Of a DNA stretch of 64,000 bases, positions 36,810-48,592 are shown piece by piece (the first letter of the stretch is position 1; each line of letters opens with the position of its first letter). Source of the stretch: Antedon mediterranea (taxonomy: Eukaryota; Animalia; Echinodermata); assembly GCF_964355755.1 (NCBI RefSeq), contig NC_092672.1, positions 13,516,001 to 13,580,000 of the forward strand, written 5' to 3'. Position numbers and translations under genes: made by a program. Under the pieces are notes generated by a model. That model made no database searches, was not told the origin of the DNA, and saw only the letters and a list, made by a program, of their open reading frames with translations.

Positions 36810-39623
36810 TTATGCACGGCTTAATCCATCTGCATTTCCATTTAATGACCCTTTCTTGTAAATAACTTTAAATTTATATCCTTGTAAAAACAGAGCCCAT
36901 CTCATAAGTCTAACATTGGCACCCTTCATTGAGTCCATCCATCTCAATGCCTGGTGGTCAGTATGAACTTGAAATTCACAACCATACAGATAATACTTAA
37001 GTTTATTGATAGCCCAAACAATAGAGAGGCACTCTTTTTCTGGCACAGAATATCTCTGCTCATGTACAGATAACTTTCTACTTAAGTACACAATGGGATA
37101 ATCATTACCCTCACCATCTATTTGGCTCAGCACTGCACCTATGCCATAATTTGAGGCATCGGTTTGCAATATAAACATCTTATCAAAATTTGGGGCTTTT
37201 AATACATTATCATCAGTAAGTCGTTTCTTTAAAGTTACAAAGGCATTTTCACATTGTTCATTCCACTTAACGGTATTACTTTTACTCTTTAAAGTTAAAT
37301 CAATCAATGGCTTAGCAATATCGGCATAGTTCTGTACAAATTTTCTGTAATAGCCAGTTAATCCGAGAAATGATCGGACTTGTTTCTTAGACAAAGGTCT
37401 GGGGAAATTTTCCACAGCCTCAACCTTATCAATCATGGGTCTAATTTCTCCATTACCAATCTTATGCCCCAGAAATTCTACCTGAGCATAGGCAATTTTA
37501 CATTTCAAAGGCTTTGCTGTCAATCCAGCACTACTTAATCTTTCTAATACATCATTCAAATGAAAAATATGATCTTTCCAAGTTTGACTATAAATACATA
37601 TGTCATCTATATATGCCTTAGCATATCCCTCAGTACCTTGTAATACCTTATCCATTAATCTTTGGAAAGTACTAGAGCTATTTTGCATACCAAATGGAAG
37701 TACATTGTAACAATACTGTCCAAATTGTGTAATAAATGCTGATTTGTCTTTGGTCTTAGGATCCAGAGGCACCTGGTAAAATCCTTTAGTTAGATCTAAC
37801 GTAGTTATGTATATTGCGGATGATACCTCATCCAACATTTCGTCTATGCGAGGCATAACATAAGGGTCAAATTGTGTAGTCTTATTTAGTGATCTAAAAT
37901 CTGTCACCATTCTAATTTGATTCTGGCCTTTCTTCAGGGCAATAATAGGTGCAGCATAGGCACTAACTGTAGGTTCTATTATACCCATAGCCAACATACT
38001 ATCTAATTCTTCTTTCAATTTACCCTTTAATGCTTGGGGCGTTCTATATGCCCTATGCCTTATAGGCATTTCACCATTAGTCTTAATTTCATGAGTCACT
38101 AAGTGAGTTCTACCTGGTACATCCGAGAATACATTCTGTTGGTACTTTAACAATTCTGTTAATTGTTTAGTTTGTGTATCATTTAAATTACTACTAACGT
38201 TAACATCTCTCCATGTTTGTGATTGATGATAAGACAATCCTATGTCTATTTCACTATCTAACTCATTGTCATGGACTGTTTCATTTAAGTCTACTTCTTC
38301 TATCGACTGAACATTTGTTACTACATAATAACCATCTTTACTTATTTCTACTTTATCATACCATCTCTTTAACATATTAACATGTAGAATTTGTTTTTCT
38401 TTTCTTCTACCTCCTATGTATATTTCATAATTTACATCATTGACCTTTTTTGTAACAGTGAAGGGGCCTTGCCATTTACTGTCTAACTTACTATTTCCTA
38501 CTGGAAGGAATATCAACACTTTGTCCCCTTCTACAAATTCTCTATCAATAGCATTCTTGTTATAATTGTGGGACATAATTTCTTGTTGTTCAAGTTTGTT
38601 TACATTAGCATCTTTCATTAATTCCTCCATTTTTTCTCTTATGTCTAACATGTATTTGATAACATCAGTAGATGTTTCTTCATCTTCTACCCAATTACTT
38701 TTGAGTAAACTCAAGGGTCCCCTCACCTCTCTACCATAAAGCAATTTAAAAGGTGAATGGCCCGTCGCTTTACTAGGAACTTCTCTGTATGCAAACAGAA
38801 AGGGGGTTATGTAGTTATCCCAATTTTTTCTTTGCTTAACTGTAAGTGTCCTTATCATATTTTTCAATGTACCGTGGAATCTTTCAACAAGCCCATTGCT
38901 TTGGGGGTGGTACACTGTAGTCTTTAATTGATTAATCCCCAACATACTACATATAGATTGCATAATTGAAGACATGAAATTAGTTCCTTGATCATGTACA
39001 ATCTCTTCGGGTAATCCTACTCTAGTAAAGACTTCTATTAGAGCCCTGGCTACTGTTTCAGCTCTAACATTGGGTAACGGGATAGCATCCGGATATCTCG
39101 TAGCATAGTCAATTATAGTAAGCATATATTTGTTATTACGGCTTGTTCTAGATAAGGGTCCAACAATATCTATCGCTATACGTTGAAATGGTGTACTTAT
39201 AATCGGTAATGGTATCAAAGTATGTTTCCTTTTACTTTTACCCTTATCTACCTTTTGGCATTCCTTACAGACTTTACAATAGACTACAACATCTTTAAAT
39301 ATACCTGGCCAATAGAATTGGTTCAGGATCCTACTTTTAGTTTTCTCAACACCCATGTGACCTGCAAATGGCACATTATGACCTAAGTGTAATACACCCT
39401 GTCGACACTGAGTGGGTAATACAATCTGTTCCACTTGGTTATTCTTATCTTTAATACTACTCCAATTTCTCATCAATATACCTTGTCTCATAAAGAAACA
39501 CACCCTATGCTGACCTATTTCTTCTATAGGGACTACCCTGTCAAACACTCCTTTGAGTGAGTCATCCTTAGTTTGCAATTTGATCAGTTCTTGTTTAGTT
39601 AGGTTCAGCTTGTGCTGTTGTTC
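36810..39623 (-). CDS. pol: Pol: integrase (HHCC + DDE core), reverse transcriptase, RNase H
   Basis: 'H..PFAGH..YWP..CKECQ', 'IAIDIVGPL', 'HDQGTNF', 'NGLVERFH', then 'LDLTKGFYQ', 'YIDD', 'TDASNYG..EKECL..TDH'. Confidence 0.95.
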   Translation of the reverse strand, partial: EQQHKLNLTKQELIKLQTKDDSLKGVFDRVVPIEEIGQHRVCFFMRQGILMRNWSSIKDKNNQVEQIVLPTQCRQGVLHLGHNVPFAGHMGVEKTKSRILNQFYWPGIFKDVVVYCKVCKECQKVDKGKSKRKHTLIPLPIISTPFQRIAIDIVGPLSRTSRNNKYMLTIIDYATRYPDAIPLPNVRAETVARALIEVFTRVGLPEEIVHDQGTNFMSSIMQSICSMLGINQLKTTVYHPQSNGLVERFHGTLKNMIRTLTVKQRKNWDNYITPFLFAYREVPSKATGHSPFKLLYGREVRGPLSLLKSNWVEDEETSTDVIKYMLDIREKMEELMKDANVNKLEQQEIMSHNYNKNAIDREFVEGDKVLIFLPVGNSKLDSKWQGPFTVTKKVNDVNYEIYIGGRRKEKQILHVNMLKRWYDKVEISKDGYYVVTNVQSIEEVDLNETVHDNELDSEIDIGLSYHQSQTWRDVNVSSNLNDTQTKQLTELLKYQQNVFSDVPGRTHLVTHEIKTNGEMPIRHRAYRTPQALKGKLKEELDSMLAMGIIEPTVSAYAAPIIALKKGQNQIRMVTDFRSLNKTTQFDPYVMPRIDEMLDEVSSAIYITTLDLTKGFYQVPLDPKTKDKSAFITQFGQYCYNVLPFGMQNSSSTFQRLMDKVLQGTEGYAKAYIDDICIYSQTWKDHIFHLNDVLERLSSAGLTAKPLKCKIAYAQVEFLGHKIGNGEIRPMIDKVEAVENFPRPLSKKQVRSFLGLTGYYRKFVQNYADIAKPLIDLTLKSKSNTVKWNEQCENAFVTLKKRLTDDNVLKAPNFDKMFILQTDASNYGIGAVLSQIDGEGNDYPIVYLSRKLSVHEQRYSVPEKECLSIVWAINKLKYYLYGCEFQVHTDHQALRWMDSMKGANVRLMRWALFLQGYKFKVIYKKGSLNGNADGLSRA

Positions 39624-41399
39624 TTAAGTTTTACGTTTGACTGTTTTATCTTTAGCTTTATCCTCATTTTCGTCAAACAAATTATTCATTTCTGTTCCAT
39701 TCATATCATCTAAACACTTAGTTTTATTTACTTTGTTATCATTTACTACTGTTTTCAACATTTGTACATTAGTTTCTTTAGGCGGCTCTTCTATCGGCTT
39801 AAAGTTACTATCTTTCCCTAACAATATCATTTCGTCTTGTATTCTAACATCATTTTCTATTCTGGCTTGCTCCCTAGTTAGGACGAACATTTCTTTAGCC
39901 ATTGTTTCCCCACAATTCTGGTCCAAATCATGACCCAATAACATATCCCTCTGTAATCCTTCGATTACGGCTACAATCACTTTTCCTGTCACTATCTTAC
40001 TTTCTATAGCTACTTCAGCTAAGGGGACGGTAATATCGCCTCCTATACCTCTTAACGTAACCCATTTTCCTGGCAAGTAACATTTGTTAGGCACTAGACT
40101 TTCCTTAACAGCTGACTGGGTACATCCCGAGTCTCTAAGCATAGTTATATCCTGTCCTTCTAATTTTCCTGGTATTATACACTTCTCCATTTTATTTTCT
40201 ACACTATCCATAACTACTTGGGGTCTATCTGATTTTATTCCTTCACATCTTAAGCCATCTTTCACATTCGGGCCCTTCTTAGTGTCACTAGTCTTTCCTT
40301 TTGCTACCATCTTAGGACAATCCCCTATTTTATGTCCCTTCTCCTTACAATTAAAGCATAGGCCATTAATCCATTCATTTGAAGGTTCTCTCTGTTGGAA
40401 ATTTCTACCATAGTTATGGAATTTGCCTCCCCTTCCGCGATACCTATTGTATCCTTGCTGCCTAGCTCCAGGGTTATTCTGAGTCGTACTATTCTTAGGT
40501 TTACTATTTTCTTGGCCCTTATAATACGTAGGCTTATTTTCAGAATTTACGGCATTCCAATAGCCACGGCCACCTCTATTAGCTATATAATCATCGGCTA
40601 TCATAGCCATATCATAGCTCTTATTTACTTGTTTATCTCTAAGATAAAGCCTCAGATCTTCAGGCATTTTATCAAGTGCCTGTTCCATTATAATCATTTC
40701 AATAATGCCTGCAGCATCATCTTCTTTTACATTAGCACATTTCATCCAACATTTTAAATAATGGGAGAGCTCATTCAGCCATTCCCTGATGGACATATCT
40801 TTAACTCTGTTTGAATTTCTAAATTTAAATCTGTAGGTCTCTGCGGACACATCATACTTTTCTAAGATTGCCTTCTTTAAGGTATCATAATCTACACATT
40901 CTTTTACGGTTAAGGATGCATATGCTGTCCTAGCTTTACCAGACAGTTCAGGTGCTAACCTAGCGGACCACGTATTCTTATCCCAACCTGTGGCTTCTGC
41001 CAAGTGTTCAAATGTTCTAAAATATATATCAATATCATCTGATTCCTTCAAAGTAGGAACCTTTACCTTCATTTCATCTACTATATTCCTAGCATTACTG
41101 TAGCTAGACCTATTTTCTAATTCCATCATTTTCACTCTTTCTTGTGATTCAATTTTTCTTTGCTCTATATCTGCTTCTATTTTCTTTTGCTCTATATCTG
41201 CTTCTAATCTTAATTGGTATTCTAACTTTTTGTTTTCGGCCTCGAACTTCATTCGAAAATATTCGAGCATCATATCTTTAGGCATACCGCCGGGTATTTC
41301 GGGCAAATCAATATCCCTAGCCATGTTATCATACATTTCATTGACTTGGTCAACCTCTTCTTGGTCAACCATATCTTCCCTAGTATCTTTGTCTGACAA
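39624..41399 (-). CDS. gag: Gag (capsid/SCAN-like region, CCHC knuckle) plus aspartic protease
   Basis: 'DIDIYFRTFE', 'YDTLKKAILEKY', 'CFNCKEKGHKIGDC', protease 'LRDSGC'. Confidence 0.93.
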   Translation of the reverse strand: MSDKDTREDMVDQEEVDQVNEMYDNMARDIDLPEIPGGMPKDMMLEYFRMKFEAENKKLEYQLRLEADIEQKKIEADIEQRKIESQERVKMMELENRSSYSNARNIVDEMKVKVPTLKESDDIDIYFRTFEHLAEATGWDKNTWSARLAPELSGKARTAYASLTVKECVDYDTLKKAILEKYDVSAETYRFKFRNSNRVKDMSIREWLNELSHYLKCWMKCANVKEDDAAGIIEMIIMEQALDKMPEDLRLYLRDKQVNKSYDMAMIADDYIANRGGRGYWNAVNSENKPTYYKGQENSKPKNSTTQNNPGARQQGYNRYRGRGGKFHNYGRNFQQREPSNEWINGLCFNCKEKGHKIGDCPKMVAKGKTSDTKKGPNVKDGLRCEGIKSDRPQVVMDSVENKMEKCIIPGKLEGQDITMLRDSGCTQSAVKESLVPNKCYLPGKWVTLRGIGGDITVPLAEVAIESKIVTGKVIVAVIEGLQRDMLLGHDLDQNCGETMAKEMFVLTREQARIENDVRIQDEMILLGKDSNFKPIEEPPKETNVQMLKTVVNDNKVNKTKCLDDMNGTEMNNLFDENEDKAKDKTVKRKT

Positions 41400-41963
41400 T
41401 GGACATAGTCTTATCTATATTTTTACCCGATCTTAAAGTTGTCATGCTAATAACAATTTTACTAATGAAATCTGTAAACTTATGTTCCTATACAAAATAT
41501 GTTATAAAAGTATTTGTATTACCTTGATTAATATGAAATCCACATAAATTCTTAAATGCAATACAATATAAGACATTAATTTACTTCAAAGTCACAAACA
41601 ACGTTCCAAGTTCGCTCCGTACAAAAATTTACTTTCGAAATAAAAAATAGTTTACAAAGTCAGCTTTACAAATCTTCTCCAAATTACTGGGCTTCCTTCT
41701 GTTACTTCAGTCTTCTTCTTTCAAATCTCGGTGAATATATCTCTCCGATGAATATCCAGCAGTCTTGAGTAGGTACCTTGAGCTCAACAGTACTTCTTCT
41801 TCGTTGTAATATCCAAACAACGCACGGTATAAAAACTGTCAGGAATCCAGATCTTCGTAACCATTTAACTTTTTGGTTACTGATTTAACAGGCCCGTAGA
41901 GTAGGCACTGTCACTTCTTCTTCTTCTTCTTCTTGATACTTAAATCATGTAAACAAAAATTTT

Positions 41964-41977
41964 CACCGCTGCCACCA
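41964..41977 (-). promoter_or_regulatory. Primer-binding site, tRNA-Leu
   Basis: Minus-strand tggtggcagcggtg lies immediately after the 5' LTR and is complementary to the tRNA-Leu 3' end ...CACCGCUGCCACCA. Confidence 0.8.
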
Positions 41978-42429
41978 TGTAGTGAATTTATCTTTTAGTT
42001 GGTTCCGAGCTTTCTCAGGCGTATATCCACTCGACGTACACAGCTGTCGTTCCGAGCTTTCTCGGGCGTATATATTTCCACGCGACGTACACAGCTGTCA
42101 CTGAATAATAACTCATACAAAAAGTATAATTAACTCAACTAGAACTTTTATTCCTTGTAATTCGATTAATACATCTTTCTACCACTACCAGTCAAGCCTT
42201 ATTATATTCTTTATCATCTTTCCGTTTATCTACTCTGATCTTATTCTCTCTTCTCTCTTACTAACTATTACATTCTACTTTTATACAAGATATGCAAATT
42301 TTAGGCTTCAGAGGAGGATAACATTTTCCCTCCGAAATTTACACGATTTTGATTGGCTAATAATAAGGCGGACGTGGACTAAAGCATCCTTCTCTAATCA
42401 CAGAGAATCACAACATCAATAATATGACA
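41978..42429 (-). repeat. 5' LTR (452 bp)
   Basis: TG..CA ends, followed by the PBS. Confidence 0.97.
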
Positions 42430-43383
42430 ACTAGTTTTCATCAAATTTAAAATGCGAGTTAATTACTGTGAAGTAATAATAAATGTATTAATATTAGTAT
42501 TAATTACTGTGTGTTGGTTGTGTTAAAATGGAACATTTATTTTTATGAAAGAAGAACAAGTGTAGTATATCTATAACCGATCGGCCAACGTACGGACGCA
42601 CGGCGGTCGTCGTCTGTTTGTGTGAAATGGCCTCCGGCTAGGCCTAGCTAGCTTGCTAAAAAGGTAGGGTTACCCGCGTACCTACCGACAGTTTAATTTT
42701 AAAATATGTGGTACGCCTTACTTATAGGCCTACTTAGTAGTAGTACTGTATGATAATCCATACTGTGTACAAGCGTTAAATACGATGTACATGGCGTGAA
42801 AATGTGAAATAATGTGGTATAGCCTAGCTAGGTGACAGAAGGATATTTTCTCGATACGACAGTGCCGTGAAGCTGCTGTTTACCCACGTGTGTGTATCGC
42901 GCAGTACAACTCTACTGTCTGAACTATGTTTGTTTACTAATACTAGGCTATATAATGAACGATGTTTCGTTTTAAAATTGCGTTTAAATGAAACATTACA
43001 CTTATTTAGTACTATGGGATAATATGAATTGTTTAAATACTGTAAATGTCAAAATAGTAGAATAAAAATACGATATTATTTTTGTTCCAACGGAAATCGA
43101 GACGGATCACTCCATTTGTAATTCATTCGCCCAGTGTGTTTATATCCACGTGTTTATGATCCGCGGATGGATACTCTCTCTGAACTAGGTACTTTTATGT
43201 TTTGATTTTAACCTTCAATTTAGTGAAGTTCAACTTTTATTAAATAAAGTCTTGCATATTTCCTAACCCTAAAATTGATTTTTATTTATAACTAAAATAA
43301 CATTTATTTAAATACTATCTAATTTATTATCGCGCATGACTAAAAAAAACCAAAACAACAAGATCAGGCAAGCGCATGTTATG

Positions 43384-43403
43384 CATGGAGGTATTATACC
43401 ATG
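43384..43403. mobile_element. P-element-type excision footprint
   Basis: catggaggtattataccatg flanked by tgttatg/tgttatt. Confidence 0.5.
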
Positions 43404-43906
43404 TGTTATTTGTCCTCCGATCCTCCTCCTGCAGTCTGCTGATGACGATGTTCTAAACGACCTGTAACTTGACCCCAAACCTGGATATTTTTTGTTTAAA
43501 TGAAACATACTGAGTACTGTATTAATTACTTATAAAAAATTAACTTGCAATTTTAGGCCTACTACTAATACTATTGCTATGGAAGGTAGTCATAATAACG
43601 GCCCGTCATCAATTCATTTTGTACACTACTGCCTGGCCGGCGATGGTGAATGTACAGCAGTCAGCAGTAGCCTAGGCTAGGCCTAGTTAATTAGACTTTT
43701 CGCGTCTAGCCTAGGCTTTGAGCAATTTTAATTGCTATTTTCTTTAGAAAAATTTGAATTTCAAGTATGTTTAATAATGATTATGATATTATTGTATTGG
43801 CGAAACAATCGTATCATTTCTATTTATTCGAACCTTTCGTAGCCTGCTTAGCCGTCGACGATGTACTTGTACACAGTTGAGTTTGGGGAATTCCCACACA
43901 CAGTTG

Positions 43907-44723
43907 ATCACAACGTAGGCTACGAATGCTACGCGTAGCCTACGCATTACGAATGCTACGCCACGCAACCGCCACGCACCCGTCGCGCGTAGACTACGTT
44001 ACCTACGCGTGGCAAATGTTGCAGTAGTTTTTATCTGTACTGTAAGGCTCCTAGTCAAAATGTGAAATTGGGCCTAGAAAATATTACGTTTAACTAGAAT
44101 TTAATTCGTCACTTTGACGAATTATAGTGATCATTTTTATCATTTTATTGACATTAATATTTTGTAAACATGCACGCATGTTAACATATTTATCGGAAAA
44201 TGTTGATGTATGCCATCCTATTATACGCCTAGCCTATAGACACACAAAATCTGTACAGAAAGAAATAAAGCGGAATAAGATTTCATACAATAACAATAGG
44301 TCATTTTATTCTAAATCACAACGTAGGCTACGAATGCTACGCGTAGCCTACGCATTACGAATGCTACGCCACGCAACCGCCACGCACCCGTCACGCGTAG
44401 ACTACGTTACCTACGCGTGGCAAATGTTGCAGTAGTTTTTATCTGTACTGTAAGGCTCCTAGTCAAAATGTGAAATTGGGCCTAGAAAATATTACGTTTA
44501 ACTAGAATTTAATTCGTCACTTTGACGAATTATAGTGATCATTTTTATCATTTTATTGACATTAATATTTTGTAAACATGCACGCATGTTAACATATTTA
44601 TCGGAAAATGTTGATGTATGCCATCCTATTATACGCCTAGCCTATAGACACACAAAATCTGTACAGAAAGAAATAAAGCGGAATAAGATTTCATACAATA
44701 ACAATAGGTCATTTTATTCTAAA
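43907..44723. repeat. 408-bp near-perfect tandem duplication
   Basis: Copies start at 43907 and 44315; ORFs 44127 and 44535 are offset by 408. Confidence 0.95.
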
Positions 44724-45702
44724 TGATCACCTAATTAATAAATAGTCTGCCTAGGCCTACAGTAGCTCTAAACTAAAAATAGCCTAGTAGGCCTAGGCCT
44801 ACCTACCTACAGTAGTTGCACCATAATGTAGCACAATACATATTTACACAATATGTTCTAAATAAAACACATTTCACATTGATAGAACACTATTAATAAT
44901 AATAATAAAATGTAAAAGAAATAAAAAATCATTTATATGCAGTTGATTATATATTGCTAACATTAACAAGGCAAATGGATTTTAACAATGTATGATGGGC
45001 CACTAAGACCAAATAATATTATTGTTATTCCAAACTAATCCTATGTCACAGAATTTGATCACAAAGTTTTCAGCAAATTTGCATTTAGAGTCATTCATTC
45101 ATTCATTCATTCTTTAATTAGCCTTTAAAATCGAAATAAAACAAGACAGGTGGAAATCCAAGGAGGCAAAGATAAGCAAAAGCAGTTGAAATCGCTGTAG
45201 CTCACAGGTTTGCTTATCCATGCTTAGTAGAGACATAACATTTTGTAGGCCTTAATAATAGTGATAAAACCCATGAATGTACACACAAAAATATTCAATG
45301 TATTCTTGAATTAAAAATAATAATAATAATAAGCCGATGGAGATGGATGGACATGTTAACTAATATATACAGAATAATCAAAAAGAGAGAAACTAAATTG
45401 TAACTGACCATTGTTTAAAAAGAATAAAAATTCAATTTCGGTAGGTACAAAAAGCAAATAACTGTGAAACAATACCTTCTTTGCCAACCACGGTGAAATG
45501 TGTGGGTTGTTCCACCTCGAGGCAATGTTTGTGGGCAACACGAACACATGCCCCGTATCGTGCAAGTTTCTTTGGAAGGCAATTAAGCCCAGATAGGCAT
45601 TTATGATCTATAGAAATAAATAGTAAATGTTAAATATCCTTAAAAAAGATCCTGAGCGAGAATTTAACCAAGAATCTCAACTGTGTAAGGATATATAACC
45701 AA

Positions 45703-45852
45703 AAATAGCCTAATCACACTCGAGGGGAAATAGCCTAATCACACTCGAGGGGAAATAGCCTAATCACACTCGAGGGGAAATAGCCTAATCACACTCGAGG
45801 GGAAATAGCCTAATCACACTCGAGGGGAAATAGCCTAATCACACTCGAGGGA
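45703..45852. repeat. 25-bp minisatellite x6 (aaatagcctaatcacactcgagggg)
   Basis: Direct reading. Confidence 0.95.
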
Positions 45853-45930
45853 AAATAATATGTAGGTGAATTATACTTTAGGTATGCACTTTCTTTCTAG
45901 TTTAAAATGTTTTTGAAAATTATTATAAAA

Positions 45931-48592
45931 CTAGATGGCACGCTCGCTTCGCTCGCGTACCATCTAGGGGTGCTCACAGATGGTTCTCGAATACAGTAGA
46001 ATCCACGGACGGGGACTTTTTTGGGACACTAAACAAAAACGGAAGTGTCCCCCTAATTGGGGTATTCAGAAATAGAGACAACAAAACCAATACTGGATTC
46101 CATAAAGGACAATTAATTTATGTGGATTAAAGAAATTAGGGAGAAATGGAAATGTATTTACGGGAATTGGGCGGCGGCACGTGGTGGTGGTGATGGAACC
46201 GCAGTAATAAAGTTGATTGTATTTATATATTATAAGAAGGAAGGTGAGTCCCGTGTTCTCTGAACGTAGGGGAATGAGCTGTTAGGAGCTCATTGTACTA
46301 AGCCTCGGCATTATGTGGTAGGGTGGCCAGTTCCTTTCCACGCCGCCTTTTTTCTCCCTAGTATTTTCAACCAGGTACTCATTTACAGCTGAGTGTACTG
46401 GGAGTTGTCGGGAATTGAACCCGGGTCTATCTGTATGACAGTCAAGTGTCCTAACCACTCGACTATCCAACTTCTTATTATAAGAACCAAACTAAATAAA
46501 TAGACCTAGACATTCTGCGAAATGGAAATCGGAAATGCAAGCTCCTATTCAGTGAAAAATTAAACTGTAGTCTACCTAAATATTTAGGGCAAATCATCGG
46601 TTGTGGTGTTGAAATTCCTGTAAACATTTGTGTGAACCAAACTGGGTCGAATTTCTGTCATGAGTACTGATTTGTTGGCCTGTGATTTATGACGCCTAAG
46701 GGATCTATCTAGACTTATTTTTTAGAATAATGTACGTACCTGTCAGATACAATTGTCTTGTGTCGTATAATAAATAAGTACTGTAATAGTTACTGAAGTT
46801 ACTATTACAATCTCGTCAATGAAAACACGAAAATGTATATGCGCTTACTTATGAAAACGTATACAGTATTATACTCAGTTATTGAAACAGTAGGTTTAAA
46901 AAAGTTTCGTTTGTCTGTAAAATGATGTAATCAAGCTGTTTACATGAGTCTTAATTTATAAGCACATAAACTTACATAGAAAGTAGGGTATCATAAATTT
47001 GGCCTTAGCACTCGGGGGAGTGGCTAAGATGAAGTCCGTGGGACTACTAAATATAAATTGTAATGAACCTCGAGGGACATAAATAGGAATATTTCATGTT
47101 TCATTATCAATGTATAATAAATGGAAACTGTTTACCGATTCAAATAATAGAAATTGGTTTTTAACATTTTCCGAACCTATTGCAAGTTTATTCTCAAAGG
47201 GCCCATATATTTACCTACCGTATGTGTTAAACCAAGGGCTCATAAATTTACCTACAGTACTTGTGTTAAACCAAACTCTGGCAGACTGAGAGATTGGGAT
47301 GTTCCATTCATCGCAAATCAATACATTTGTATACGGTAATCGTATATTAAATCTATCAAAATAGTATTTTTTAAAGAAAATCGGCCTGTCTTCAACATTA
47401 TGATGGTGTACTCTAGCAATCTATCAAAATAGTATTTTTTAAAGAAAATCGGCCTGTCTTCAACATTATGATGGTGTACTCTAGCTGTTCAACCGGTTTT
47501 CAGCTATTAAAAACAATTATCGTAGGAGGAGATAGGAAAATGCGAAGCCTCCTCGCTATGTAACATTAGGGTTGAGGGATGGGAAAGCGGATAGGTACAA
47601 AGAGGAACAATTTTTAAATATATTCTTTATCCACTGAGTAACGAAATATTTTGTTCATGTTTTATAGGCCTATAAATAATATACCTCTAAATACAGTAGG
47701 CCTAAAACATTTGCGATTTAATACTTTGTTAAAACTGTCACTGTCATAATCGATTGAAATATTAAAGTACATGTCACGATACACCACTACGACGTTTATA
47801 TTTTTGGTAATTATTAATTAATACAAACGTTGAGAATGAACTGTCAGTATAAAGTTTATTTGTATATCTAACAGTAGAGCCTATCCACAGTCTCAGTAAT
47901 AAAGTTTATTTGTATATATTTTTATATTACATCTAACAGTACGAACATTCACAGTAAGAAATGTTCGATTCAAATGAAAAATAGTTAATAGGTATTTACA
48001 GTATTGTCAAAGTATTGCAAGTTTATTCTCAAAGGGCCCATATATTTACCTACCGTATGTGTTAAACCAAGGGCTCGTAAATTTACCTACAGTACTTGTG
48101 TTAAACCAAACTCTGGCAGACTGAGAGATTGGGATGTTCCATTCATCGCAAATCAATACATTTGTATAATCGTATATTAAATCTATCAAAATAGTATTTT
48201 TTAAAGAAAATCGGCCTGTCTTCAACATTATGATGGTGTACTCTAGCTGTTCAACCGGTTTTCAGCTATTAAAAACAATTATCGTAGGAGGAGATAGAAA
48301 AATGCAAAGCCTCCTCGCATTTTTTTGGCGGGTATTTTTCAAGATGGACATCCATTAGACAGTGTATACCACGATCGGAAAACACCCCTATTTGGGGCAA
48401 ATCGTTGAACCTAAATTCGTTTTAATCGTCAATAACTAATTATCTAACTCAATTTAATTAGTAAACAGGGTTACATCAGGCGGTTAAAATCAGTACCGAA
48501 AGTACGAACCAACTTTACATACCATCGAGTGAAAATTCTAGAAGTAAGGCGCGATTTACCGAATTTTGCCCTTACGTAAATTTATATATAGA
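45931..48592 (-). mobile_element. Non-autonomous Helitron
   Basis: Minus strand begins TC (a|tctatatata) and ends with a GC-rich hairpin (cgcgagcgaagcgagcg) plus CTAG|t, inserted in an AT site. Internal duplication 47179-47556 / 48014-48318. Confidence 0.75.
46239..46474 (-). mobile_element. tRNA-derived SINE (Deu/Nin-like core)
   Basis: A box tagtcgagtgg, B box ggttcaattcc, core 'ctcagctgtaaatgagtacc..gaactggccaccctacc', TSD tattataagaa. Confidence 0.8.

Larger units (their letters stand above)
36227..42429 (-). mobile_element. Full-length Gmr1-type Ty3/Gypsy LTR retrotransposon
   Basis: TG..CA LTRs at 41978-42429 and 36227-36710, 5-bp TSD actag, PBS, PPT, and domain order gag-PR-IN-RT-RH. 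Confidence 0.97.
35992..44042. mobile_element. Tc1/mariner-like non-autonomous element hosting the LTR retrotransposon
   Basis: Imperfect TIR cagtacagataa..tactgcaacatttg..cgcgtag, TA on both flanks, and tacgcgta subterminal repeats. Confidence 0.7.

Noticed and set aside
39637-41436. Plus-strand ORFs within the LTR element
   Set aside because: Antisense shadows of gag with no recognisable motifs.
45703-45852. CRISPR-like 25-bp repeats
   Set aside because: Head-to-tail copies without spacers; a minisatellite.
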